A stretch of 62,612 bases of DNA, filler included, from Collodictyon triciliatum (lineage: Eukaryota), in assembly GCA_043381765.1 (NCBI GenBank). It is 16 parts of 16 records of this genome, joined end to end, with 100 filler letters (N's around TTAATTAATTAA, not from the genome) between each part and the next. Parts side by side here need not be neighbours in the genome. Positions count along the whole stretch, not along the records: positions 12,105 to 16,029 come from JBHJMP010006693.1; positions 16,130 to 20,066 come from JBHJMP010006694.1; positions 20,167 to 24,097 come from JBHJMP010006695.1; positions 24,198 to 28,125 come from JBHJMP010006696.1; 12 more parts are not named here. The stretch is one strand, 5' to 3'. Positions 12,460 through 24,398 of the stretch are shown piece by piece. The position numbers were made by a program, and so were the translations under genes. The notes under the pieces are model-generated. The model saw only the letters and a list, made by a program, of their open reading frames with translations. It was not told where the DNA came from and did not search any database. Each line of letters begins with the position of its first letter. Within the stretch, counting starts at the first letter, position 1.

Positions 12460-13569
12460 ATGGTGCAAGTGCGGAAGGAGCACGCGCAGATCGGGGCGTT
12501 TGTGCTTGTGCACGTGACGACGACGGCGCTGTACGTGGGGTCGCTGGGGGCGGACGTCTTCAGCACGGGGGCGGTGGAGGTTGCGTACGAGTGGGGCGGG
12601 GCGTACGCGTACACGGAGGAGTGGGGGCTGCTGGGGACGCGGGTGCCGGTGGCCGGGGGCGTTGCGCAGGCGTTTGCGCAGCGGCCGAATGTGGAGTCGT
12701 TTGCGTATGCCGAGTGCGGCAGCGTGGCGCTCCCGGCCGAGTGCGATGCCGTGCGGGCCGCGGGCGTGGGCGTGCTGATCCTGCAGCTGTGGGCGGTTGT
12801 GGCGGCGCTGGCCACGTGTGCGCTGGCCCTGCACTACCGCGCCCAGAGGCAGGGCCCCCTCGCCTGGCTGCTGCTCGCCCTCTTCAGCCTCATCGAGGCC
12901 GCCCTGGGCCTGGCCGCCTGCCTCGTCTGGCTGCGCGCCGCACACCCCCGCCTGCGCGACCTCCTCCGCCGCCTCTTCCTCTACGACGCCGCCGCCCTCG
13001 CCCCCGCAGACCTGCCCCTCCTGCGCCTCGCCGCCCCGCAGCCCGCCCACTCCCTCTGGCTCGCCCTCGCCGCCTTCCTCCTCTCCCTCCTCTCCCTCCC
13101 CCTCCTCTACGCCATCCGCCGCGCCTTCCTCCGCTCCCCGCATCCAGACGCAGACGCAGACCCCCACCTCCGCCTCCCCCACGACGACCCCTTCGCCTCC
13201 GCCGGCCCCTCCCGCACCCCCGACCTCCTCTCAAACCCCGTCCTCGCACGCATCGCCGCCGCCGACTCCCAGTGGAGCCCTGTCCATGATGTGGCCGCCG
13301 CCGACGACGTTGTCTTCAACATATATCCAAATGGCGATGATGATGATGCAAACGTCCCCCTTGATGTCTACGCCAACACAGGATACTCTCGTACTCTTTT
13401 CATTTCGATGGGCGGTTCTCTCTCTTTTTTTTTATTTTTTTTATTTTGAGTTTGATTTCTTTTTTTGTTTTGATGTCTTATTATATGCATTCCGTAGAGG
13501 GACAAAGCATTGGGCAGAGTGGCACGTTCCGCTATAATCCACCAGAAATTATGAATGTCAAGGGTATGC

Positions 13570-13651
<82 letters not shown>

Positions 13652-13889
13652 GCCTGACCCGTCGCCCGCCTCCCGTCTAGCACTCCGGGCAATGAACGCA
13701 GACCAAGTGTCGATCTGGTTCGACTCCATGGGGCTGGGTGATGAGTCTGTCAGCCTGATTCTGCGCCACGACGTCAGCGGCCGCATCCTCCTCGGCGCTC
13801 CTCCAGACAGCATACGCAGTGCCTTTGGCGCAGACGCGGACATCATCCTCGAGACACTCGAGAGAGTCCGAAGCACCCCAGAGTATTAA
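12460..13889 (+). CDS. Claudin/PMP22/amastin-like multi-pass membrane protein with C-terminal SAM domain (exons 12460-13390, 13498-13563, 13681-13889)
   Basis: About four hydrophobic helices; WGL...C....C..VRAA after TM1; GT-AG junctions keep the frame; last exon MNADQVSIWFDSMGLGDESVSLILRHDVSGRILL is SAM-like. Confidence 0.7.
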
Positions 13890-14448
13890 CCAAGCACCGT
13901 CAATTGGTCTTTGTCTATCTCAATGGTCTGTCTTCCTTTTCCTTTCTCCTCATTATCCGTTCTTTCTTTCTATTCCCACAAATGAAAAAGAGAAGAAGAA
14001 AAAAAAAAACCGCAAACTATCGAGGCAATCTTGCCACCTTGCACCGTCTTTGTGTCCCTGCTCTGACATTCATCATCTAAATATACGTCCTTGTCTCGCT
14101 TTTCACTATTTTCAGTGAAGGAAATGAATAATCACCAAACATTTCATCCAAGTCGATATCATCGTCGCTTTTTGCTTATCTCAATCTAGATTAATCACAA
14201 ATGAAGCAAAAAAAAAAATATGTATCGTTATGTAGTGATTGGTTTGGTTTTAGTCATGCTCTTTCTCCCTCCTCATCACAATTCTTTTTTTTTTCTAGTT
14301 GTTTCTTTCTTGCGTATGTGTTTCGTTTACTCGTTCCCAAGAAGAGAAGACGGAAGAGGGTGATAGAAGAAAAAAAAAAATGAGAAGAGCATCGATTGGG
14401 TATATGAGAGACAAAAGAAAAAGAGGAGGGAGTAAAAAGGTCGCTTTA

Positions 14449-15831
14449 TTACCAGCGTGGAAGCTCGTTTCCTTTGATGAGGGTGCGTGTTGCGCCATCC
14501 TTGTTGACAGTAAGCAGTCGACATACACCTCCAGATGAGCCGTCTCGGTGGATTGCGAGCGAAATGGCTATGTGTGTGGGCATATTCATTTCATTCAACT
14601 CAATCGTTCAAAATGAAAATAATGTTGCCCCTGGTATAACTTCACAATATTTCTTTTTTTTTTCCCCAGCCTCTTTTGCTGGTGTGATTGAAAAAGGAGT
14701 GAAAGTGTGACTGGTTAGTACCTGTCGCAACAAACTTTTCGCATTCCTCGCGAGTAAAGTCAGGTCGATAGTTGGAATCCAAAAAACCAAAGATGTAGGT
14801 AGAGCCAGAACCTAGATAGTCACCAGGTTTGATTTATTTTTTTCTTGGAGAATTTTCTTTTGAAATATAACCCATTATATATAAGTTCTTATCTCTATTT
14901 GTTTATTATTATTTTTTAAAAAAGGTTGTCTTTCTATCTAAACAAATACAAAAATAAGATACATAGTTTTGCTCCCTTTTTTTTTTAACCGCAGTTAAAA
15001 AGATAATTATGTATATAAAGGAAGAAAATAAAGGGGGACGAAAAAGAAAAGAAGTGAGTTTTTTTTTTTAAAAAAAAAAATTAAATTATAATTGGCCACA
15101 CCTCCCGCTGCCAAGGGCTGTTCGCAAACGGCCCCACCAAGAGAGATGCTGTAGACCGACGCGCCGTGGCGAGCATCATAGCCAGCCACGATCAATCCAG
15201 CTGTCAGGTGGTTCTTGTTGTGATATGCCATCATGCGGAACAGATTCGCAGCAACCTTGACCTCAGGCTCCTCTCCAAGCTCCAGTGAGTGCAACTTGAC
15301 GTAGTGGCGCACATAGTCGGTCAGAACTTGTGTGTCCGCGGCAGAGCCAGAGCGGCAAACAAAAATATTGTCTGCAACGCTGGTGATCTTGTCCGACGCA
15401 CGATTCACAACATAGGAACCTAAAGTTTATGTGTATGGAACATTGTAAAATTACATTTTGTTGTTATGTAATAATTGTAATTGGATACCAAGTCGAAATA
15501 AATTATTTTTTTTTTGAAAATACATGTAATGGAGAATGCTATACGCAGTATTATTGATCTAACAATCGTATTACCAGAGGATGTGCGTGAATCTGCCCCG
15601 AGAACGACTCCATCCTTATACTTTGCAGCAATGATGGTTGTCTAGACCAAATATATATCTTTCAGATTTAACAGAGGTCTCAACAACAGTTAGAATAAAG
15701 CAACCATATGCAACAAAAAAAAATATATATAAAAAAACAGCAACAGCAAAGAGTCCATTTGGTTTCTTGGTCAAGTATAAAGGTAAACTCACGCCCATGC
15801 TGACATCTGCTCTGTAAAACATATCTTTCAT
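14449..15831 (-). CDS. PSMB6: 20S proteasome subunit beta-1 (PSMB6/Pre3)
   Basis: Propeptide ..[73 protein letters not shown]; stop TAA at 14449-14451. An in-frame acceptor at ~15853 suggests a possible further upstream exon. Confidence 0.96.
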
Positions 15832-15926
15832 TCCCTCTCCAGAAACCGGATCCTGTAAGCAAAGAGCAAGAGCGAACAAAAAGGTTGGCCTTTGTGCTTT
15901 GAAGTATAACGTGCGCCTTTCGGCCG

Positions 15927-15984
<58 letters not shown>

Positions 15985-16129
15985 TTTATTTTTTTAAAAA
16001 AAATTTTAAAAAAAAAAAAAAAAGAGAGGNNNNNNNNNNNNNNNNNNNNNNNNNNNNNNNNNNNNNNNNNNNNTTAATTAATTAANNNNNNNNNNNNNNN
16101 NNNNNNNNNNNNNNNNNNNNNNNNNNNNN

Positions 16130-19100
16130 ATTTTTTTAATTGTGAATACGAGAACAGGTCATCCACTCTACCTGCGCATTGTGCTGGATGAGCTTCGTGT
16201 GTTTGGAGTGTACGAAAGAGTAGACACCGAGCTTCATGAAATGCTGGAGACAAAGGGAGTTGTTAATTTGTTCGACCTTGTGATGACTCGCTGGGAAAAG
16301 AAATATGGTTTTGTAATACATATGAAATAGTAGTTTAAAATATGATTTTTATTGATTTATGTGTTATTTTAGGAAACATTGCCAGTCTGTCCATCAGTGT
16401 TCTTTATGTGTCGCGCATTGGTCTTGATGAAAATGAGCTGGATAAATACATGGAGCATCGACTTAACCTAATTCCTATGCAAATGAAACGGATGCGAGAT
16501 AACCTTGTAATCTGGTATATCGTGTCTTGTCATATGATTTATACGTATCACTTTTGATAAATTGTATTTTTTATTTTAGGAAATCATTTCTTTTTGTCTT
16601 GCTGGATTCGCTCTTTGTGAGGAACGGGAGGTGATATGGGTATTCATATATTTCTTAATAGTCGTCATTGCTAATCACAATATCTTTATTAGATACGCAT
16701 TCTCTCACCAGCTGCTGGCACAATCCATCAAAGAGCGATACTTTAAGGATGAAGCATACACAAAAAGGGAAGCACGTGAATACGGATTGTGGCTGCTGGG
16801 TGAATACGGCTCTGACACTGAAGACAAGAGTGTTATTGCCGAAATATGTTACAATCTGATGATTTCGAGCGAATATGATAAACTGGTGGACTTTATGAAG
16901 AGTGAAAAGGTTGAATGGTGGATTTTATTTTTTTATTACTGTGACATGTGTTGTAATGTAGTCTTTAGGTTGTTGTGAGCATGCTGGATGGCAACTATCG
17001 CTTCGAGTTTTATGAATGCTGGAGAGAGCTGAATAAGAACGGTTATGACCACAAAGCTATCTATCGTGAGTTGGCCAAGGTGATAAAACTCAATTACATA
17101 TATCAATAATGAATTTATTTTAATGGGTATGCACAACAGCAATTGAATCCTGCTGGCTCTGAGTTGGTTAAGTACTTTCAAGAAATTCAAGAGAATGCCT
17201 TTTTGATTCCGATTCTTGAGCACCGCATTTCTGTTGAGACGGATGAGGGTTTGGTCAGTTGATTTGGATTTTTGTGACAGTGTTGCTAACTTTGGTTTAT
17301 CTATATTAGGTTCAAATAGCAAAAATCTGAATTTTCTAGGGTTGGTTTATCGTCAACTCGGAAAGTATGATTTATTTGATTATGTATTATATTTATCATT
17401 TATTGACTTATTATTTAATAGTAATGAAAAAGCACTGGAGTACTATCACAAATCATTGGAAATCCGACTGAAAGTGTTTGGAGAAGTGCATACTTATGTT
17501 GCCAATTCATATATGGGAATTGGGCTTGTTTATAATAACCTTGGAAAGTATCTTTTATTTGATTACGTATTTTTAATATTTATCCCTTCATTAACTTATT
17601 ATTTAATAGACATGATAAAGCTCTGGAATACTATCACAAATCATTGGAAATTCAACTGAAAGTGTTTGGAGAAGTTCACCCTGATGTCGCCGCTTCATAC
17701 AATAATATTGGGCTTGTTCATCGTCAACTTGGAAAGTATCTTCTATTTAATTACGTATTTTTAATGTTTATTCTTTCAGTAACTTATTATTTAATAGACA
17801 TGACAAAGCCCTAGAGTACTATCACAAATCATTGGAAATTAAACTGAAAGTATATGGAGAAGTACACCCTGATGTTGCCGAATCATATAATAATATAGGG
17901 GTCGTCTATGGGAAACTTGGAAAGTATATTTTATTATTGTATATTTATGTTTATCCTTCATTAACTTATCGTTTAATAGGAATGACAAAGCCCTGGAGTA
18001 CTACCACAAATCATTGGAAATTCAACTGAAAGTGTTTGGAGAAGTCCACCCTGATGTTGCCACTTCATATAATAATATTGGAGTGGTTTACGAGAAGCTC
18101 GGAAAGTATATTTTATTTGATCATGTATTTATGTTCATCCCTTCATTAACATATTATTTAATAGGAATGACAAAGCCCTGGAGTACTACCACAAATCATT
18201 GGAAATTCAACTGAAGGTGTTTGGAGAAGTCCACCGTGATGTTGCCGCTTCATATAATAATATTGGGATGGTTTACTATAACCTCGGAAAGTATATTTTA
18301 TTTGATCATGTGTTTATGTTCATCCCTTCATTAACATATTATTTAATAGGAATGATAAAGCCCTGGAGTACCACCACAAATCATTGGAAATCCGACAGAA
18401 AGTGTTTGGAGAAGTCCACCCTGATGTTGCCACTTCATATAATAATATTGGAGTGGTTTACTATAACCTCGGAAAGTATATTTTATTTGATCATGTATTT
18501 ATGTTCATCCCTTCATTAACATATTATTTAATAGGAATGACAAGGTTCTGGAGTACCATCACAAATCATTGGAAATTCAACTGAAGGTGTTTGGAGAAGT
18601 CCACCCTGATGTTGCGATGTCATACTACAATATTGGAAGCGTTTACAATAACCTCGGAAAGTATCTTTTAATTTGATTTTGTTTATGTTTATCTTTTCAT
18701 TAACTTATTATTTAATAGATATGACAAGGCTCTGGAATTACACCACAAATCATTGGAAATCCGACTAAAAGTGTTTGGAGAAATCCACCCCAATGTTGCC
18801 GCTTCATACAATAATATTGGGATAGTTTACAAGAAACTTGGAAAGTATCTTTTATTAGATAATGTTATGTTTATCCTTCATTAACTTATTATTTAACAGG
18901 AATGACAAAGCTCTGGAATACTACCACAAAGACCTTGAAATTACTCTGAAAGTATATGGAGAGGTCCACCCTGAAGTTGCCACTTCATATAATAATATTG
19001 GAATGGTTTACGATAACCTTGGAAAGTATCTTTTATTTGATTATCTGGTAGTGTTTATCCTTTCATTAACTGATCGTTTAATAGGTATGACAAAGCTCTG

Positions 19101-19340
19101 GAGTACTACCACAAAGACCTTGATATTACACTGAAGGTGTTTGGAGAAATCCACCCTAATGTTGCTGATACATACTACAATATTGGTGGCCTACTCATGA
19201 ACCAGAAAAAATATCAAGAGGCTTTCGACATGTATCAAAAAGCCAACACGATATTCAAGACTGTGTATGGCGCAAACCACCCCCATACGAAGCTTTCAGA
19301 AAAGCGAATGGTGAATGCACAGAAGATGCTGACCCAATAA
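16130..19340 (+). CDS. NACHT/nephrocystin-3-like STAND protein with C-terminal TPR array (5' truncated)
   Basis: TGHPLYLRIVLDELRVFG (GxP motif of the NPHP3/TEP1-like helical domain) and YAFSHQLL (winged helix), then 42-aa TPRs of the type KALEYYHKSLEIQLKVFGEVHPDVATSYNNIG; stop at 19338-19340. Confidence 0.88.
17422..19210 (+). repeat. Tandem ~185-bp exon+intron repeat (126-nt TPR exon + ~55-62-nt intron), 10 units
   Basis: Exons 17422-17547, 17610-17735, 17798-17923, 17980-18105, 18165-18290, 18350-18475, 18535-18660, 18719-18844, 18900-19025 and 19085 onward. All introns are phase 2, GGAAA|GTAT...TTAAYAG. Confidence 0.95.
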
Positions 19341-20279
19341 GTGGCTCGTCTGTTACCCACCCCATCTAAACAACCCATTCATCCACCCATACACCACCAC
19401 CCTTTCCACAAAAACAAGTACAAGTGAGTACTATCTCGATGACCGCCAAACTGAACGAGTGCAGACGACTGCTAGCTTGTTCGCAGGGGCTGGATGAAAA
19501 GAATAAAAAAAAAAAAAACCTAACCTTTCCAGCAGTTGCCGATAAACGTGACACGTCTCCTGTTTGTTTGATAATCGACCTTGAGTATGTGTCACAGGCT
19601 AAAAGGATGATTATGTGTTGGTTATCATTGTGCTACTGAGGTGTTTGCTTTTATTTGATTCATTCATTTTATATTTTTTTCGCTTGGTCAAGTGTCGCAA
19701 TGTCAGCTTCATGGACATAATCTTTTCTTTTTCTTCTTGCGCCCATGATGATGGCAGGCTGTAACGATACATGCACTCGCTTTGTGTGCCTTTATTCTGT
19801 CTTATATTATATTCATCGACTTACTTGAAGGCTCTTAATATCCTTGACCGACTGCGCTGTTGTCTGTTGGATTTGCATCTGCAGTTGTTTGATTTTTCGC
19901 CGAAATGTTTTGTTGTTTGTTTTGTATAAGTTTATTGGCTCCACAGTGCGATTAGTCTCGGTTTTTTCTTTGGCATTCACCTGCTCACTACATTTTTGTT
20001 TACTTTTTCTCTTTTCTTCTGTTTTCTTCTGTTTTCTTCTGTTTTTTTCTTCTCTTTTTTTTTTTTNNNNNNNNNNNNNNNNNNNNNNNNNNNNNNNNNN
20101 NNNNNNNNNNTTAATTAATTAANNNNNNNNNNNNNNNNNNNNNNNNNNNNNNNNNNNNNNNNNNNNTGTTTTTTTGTTTTTTTGTTTTTGTTTTTGTTTT
20201 TGTTTTTGTTTTTGTTTTTGTTTTTGTTTTTGTTTTTGTTTTTGTTTACTCGCAGAGCATGGACCTTTCTGTCATTTAG

Positions 20280-21648
20280 GTCAACGAGGAATTCGGTAGA
20301 CTCGATGAACAAGTCATTTCTTCATTTTCCAAGTTTCAAACAGAACTTGATGGCATCGAAAAGCATATTCTGGAGCAAGTGAAAAGAAAAATTAATTTTT
20401 TTTAACTTTCCTTATCTATGTAATATATTATAGTTGAAGCTAATCAACCTCCTAGATGTGAGTTTTACCAGAAAAATGAACATATCACAATTATAGGGTG
20501 TTTTGCTCATGCATGTCTCTTTTTTTTAGACGAATACATCTCGCCTTACCATTGTCAAGAGTATGTCTATGAACGAGACCAATGCCATGGGGAGAAACAA
20601 ACACCTTCGAGTGAGCATCGATCGATATCACCGCCGTCTAGATTTGTCCAAAGGAGAAACCCACGCTCCATCCCTCTATAATGTCATGACCATGCGCCTA
20701 TTGGTTGACCTCTCCGCCTCCCAAGTTACTTCCATCCATGACAGAATATTTCACTTTGTGATTCCTCAGTTTTTCCAGTTTCCATTGTCAGAATCCTTCT
20801 GGAAAACTGTGTTTGTTTCAAACTCCTCATACCCAATCACACGCTCACTTTCGACGTTAGAGGCATATAACATTATTCCTGTTGGTGACCGTCTTGACTG
20901 GCCCTTTGGTATTGCTGTTCATCCATGTACTGGGCTTCTATACGTAGCAGACTATGGAAATCACCGCGTCGCTGTTCTCAATGAGGATGGTACCTTTTTG
21001 CGTGCTATTTCAAAGTTTGCCAACGGACAGTCGTTCCAAAATCCAAATGGAATTGCTTTCAGTAAAGATGGAAACTTTATGGTGGTGACCGACCACTGTG
21101 CCAATAAAGTCCACCTAATCAACGGGGAAACGGAAGAGATAATTGTTTCCATTGGTAAACAAGGATCTGATGAAGGTCATTTTAACGAGCCGCGCTTCGT
21201 CGTTTTTGATAATGACGATTACTTTTACGTTACAGACCTTAGAAACAGCCGTATCCAAAAATTCAATACCAAAGGTGCTGTTGTCCAAGTATTCAGCGAC
21301 CAATCTACTGAGAAATATTTGGTCAGTCCCATGGGCATAATGCTGAATGATGCGAATGAGCTTATGATCATCCCGCCTGGAGAAACTTCAGTACGTGTAT
21401 ACACTCTGGAGGGGAAATTCCTCCGCTCCATCCCAGTAAGGAAGACGACACAGTACACCTTTATAGCTCGAGGTCCAAATGGTGGCTTTGTCATCTCTGA
21501 CTACACTGAAGACCAGGTTAATTTCTACGAAGCAGATGGGACCCACATCAAAAGTGTGAGTGCACCTGGGGCGGCCGGCTGTGTCTTCGACAAGTCGGGT
21601 CGCTTCTTTGTGCTTGACAGGAAGAGCCATCAGCTCTTTGAATTCTAA
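20280..21648 (+). CDS. Coiled-coil + NHL-repeat beta-propeller protein (TRIM-NHL-like C-terminus, 5' truncated)
   Basis: Exon 20280-20378 (VNEEFGRLDEQV...ILEQ) splices in phase 0 to 20530-21648, which has NHL repeats LDWPFGIAVHP..LYVADYGNHRV, FQNPNGIAF and FNEPRFVVFD..YVTDLRNSRIQKF. Confidence 0.88.
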
Positions 21649-22261
21649 CTGGAAATGCATGCCGCATCGATGCTATCACGATGATTATTTTATCATCCTG
21701 ATCTATCCTCTCAAAAGAAAAGAAAGCGAGAATAAACGACAGTGAAATCAAGAAGAGAAATCGGAAGTATGATATCTATATATACTTAATATTAAGTATA
21801 TATAGATATCAGAAGTAAATATTTATTATTATTTTCTATTAAAAAAAAAAAAAAGGAACAAAGAAATAACGAGTTCGAAATTCCCAGATACAGGCGGCGC
21901 GGCAGTAGACCCTTCTTCCTCCCTTTTCCAGATGTAGACATCATTCCCAATCCATCTTGCTGCATTGTACGCCTCTTTTCGCTCTGGGCTTCATTTCCAA
22001 TTTTTTTTCTTCGGATTTTTGTCATTGATTCGTGGTGAATCGAGTAGAAAAACAAGAGCCGAAAGTCTACAGAAAAGAGCGTCCACGCCAAAGCGGCACC
22101 GGCAAACACTCTTCTTCGTACAAACAAAATCAGAGAAAAAAGAAGAGGAAGTATTAAAGTTGTGCAACTGCGAAGTGAATCGTTCTCTCTTGTTCATATA
22201 ATGTAAACAACTTGCTTTTTTTTTTGCGTCTGATACCCGTCGGCAGGGTTGTGTTATGTTA

Positions 22262-22366
<105 letters not shown>

Positions 22367-22708
22367 AGGAGCGAATGACTATAAAAGAAGAAAAAGGCAC
22401 ACTCGATCAAAAAGGGGTCTACAACACGTGTTTCTTTTCCTTTTCTTTTCCTTTCCTTTTCTTTTCTTTTCTTTTCCTTTTCTAATCTTTTCTTTTTCTT
22501 TTCTTTTTCTTTTCTTTTTCTTTTCTTTTTCTTTTCTTTTTCTTTTCTTTTTCTTTTCTTTTTATTTTTCTTTTTCTTTTCTTTCTTTCCTTTCCTTTCC
22601 TTTCCTTTCCTTAGTTATCTCTTCCTATTTCATTTTTTTCATTTAATCAGATATATATATTCTTGACCTTGTTGGTCTAGTCAACTCTGTGCCTTTCAGC
22701 TCTTTGGA

Positions 22709-23888
22709 ATGGCCTTCACCAAGTGGTTTGCTACGATGTGCCTTGCAATCGCTGTATTGGCTGTCGATCTGGCTGTGTTTGCCTGTGAAAGCAACGCAAA
22801 CTGTGAACCAGGCATTTGTTTTGTGAACGAGTCAAACAACGTTTCTCCCGGGGTTGCTGCCTGCTTTTGCCCCAATGGATACACTGGCTCGGACTGCAAG
22901 ATGATTGTGGAGGAAGTTAATGCCATGGATAGAAGGATCGAAGGCCTTCGTGAATCTGTAAATGTATCATGGGTACTTGTTTGCTCCTTTATGATTCTGT
23001 GTAAGTTAATTCCTCGACCTTGTATTCCACAGCAGTATATCTTTGCACTTAATTCTTTCTTTTTCAAACTTTTTTCTTAGGGTAACTCTTATTTTTCACC
23101 TCCCCCCCCCCCCCCTCTTTTTTTTTTTTTTTTTTTTTTTAAATGCATGTGTAGTTATGCAAGCTGGCTTTGGCATGCTCGAAGCTGGGTCCGTTCGTGC
23201 TAAAAACACGAAAAACATATTGATGAAGGTATATATTTGCCTGAATTAAAACAGAATTGTTTAAGTCTATATTCACCCCCTTTTGTTCTTCGCATAGAAT
23301 ATTCTTGATACCGCCGTCGCTAGTGTGTGTTTCTGGGGCTTTGGCTATGGGTTTGGGTTTGGGTATCGAACAGAAGATTCTGCAAACGGATTTATCGGAG
23401 ATGACGGATTTTTTCTCGCAAAAACCGATGAGTATACTCATTGGATGATTTCATGGGCATTTGCTTGCGTTTCGGTCACTATTGTGAGTGGCAGCCTGGC
23501 CGAAAGATGTAATCTAAAGGCATATGCAATTTTCAGTGCCTCAATGGCTTCTATCATCTATCCTGTCTGCGCTCACTGTACGTTCTTTACTTTCATAAAA
23601 ATTTATTGTTAGTTTAATTTGTAATATTTTAATTACAATAAATGCTTGTTACAGACAACTACTTATAGCCCTTTTTACTTTTTTTTTTGTTTTTGTTTTT
23701 GTTTTTGTTTTTGTTTTTGTTTTTGTTTTTGTTTTATCCTAATATAATTCAAGAGTTAACGGAAAAAAATACCACTTCAAAAAATAGGGGGGTGGTCTGA
23801 GCGTGGATGGGTGAGTCCTTTCAGAGAGGATCGATTCTCGGGAACCAACGGTTATATTGACTTTGCCGGCAGCGGCATCGTCCATGTG
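22709..23888 (+). CDS. Ammonium transporter (Amt family) with signal peptide and N-terminal EGF-like domain (3' truncated)
   Basis: Exons 22709-23000, 23155-23228, 23298-23577 and 23788-23888 give [71 protein letters not shown] and [10 protein letters not shown]. Confidence 0.95.
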
Positions 23889-24050
23889 GTTAGTAATAGA
23901 AGTTTGTTTGTCTTATGAAAGATTGATGCCGGGAAGTGGGTCACGTGAAGTAACAGAGTTGTTTTGGATAAATCTTATTTTTTCTGCATTTTCATTTATT
24001 GGTTAATTTTTATAATTACTTTTCTTTTCTTTTTTCTTTTTTCTTTTTTT

Positions 24051-24097
<47 letters not shown>

Positions 24098-24197
24098 NNN
24101 NNNNNNNNNNNNNNNNNNNNNNNNNNNNNNNNNNNNNNNNNTTAATTAATTAANNNNNNNNNNNNNNNNNNNNNNNNNNNNNNNNNNNNNNNNNNNN

Positions 24198-24398
24198 GTA
24201 AACAGTACCAGTGTGACCATTCAATGTACGAATCGAATCATCTTGCCCTTCAACAAGACAAAATTGGCAGTATAGTATCAATCCTAAAGATATATTAATC
24301 AAAATTATGTAATTTGTAGTCAATAAAATTAAAACAATTAAAATGTAAAACTCACCCAAAAGCAACAGAGCTGCTAAAGACTTTGAGTTTAATCTCAT
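24198..24398 (-). CDS. 5' end of a signal-peptide protein beginning a WD40-like repeat
   Basis: MRLNSKSLAALLLLG|intron|LILYCQFCLVEG-QDDSIRTLNGHTGTVY, which runs into the contig end. Confidence 0.55.

Noticed and set aside
12049-13537. Several long overlapping ORFs on both strands (also at 49536-51224)
   Set aside because: Shadow ORFs caused by high GC and microsatellites; only one frame has recognisable domains.
17548-19084. U12-type (minor) introns suggested by GTATCTTT donors
   Set aside because: There is no GTATCCTT, sister introns read GTATATTT or GTATGATT, and there is no TCCTTAAC branch site; GTAT donors are common in this AT-rich genome.
17422-19210. CRISPR array or frameshifted pseudogene in the 185-bp periodic region
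   Set aside because: The units are TPR exons plus GT-AG introns that splice into one open frame.
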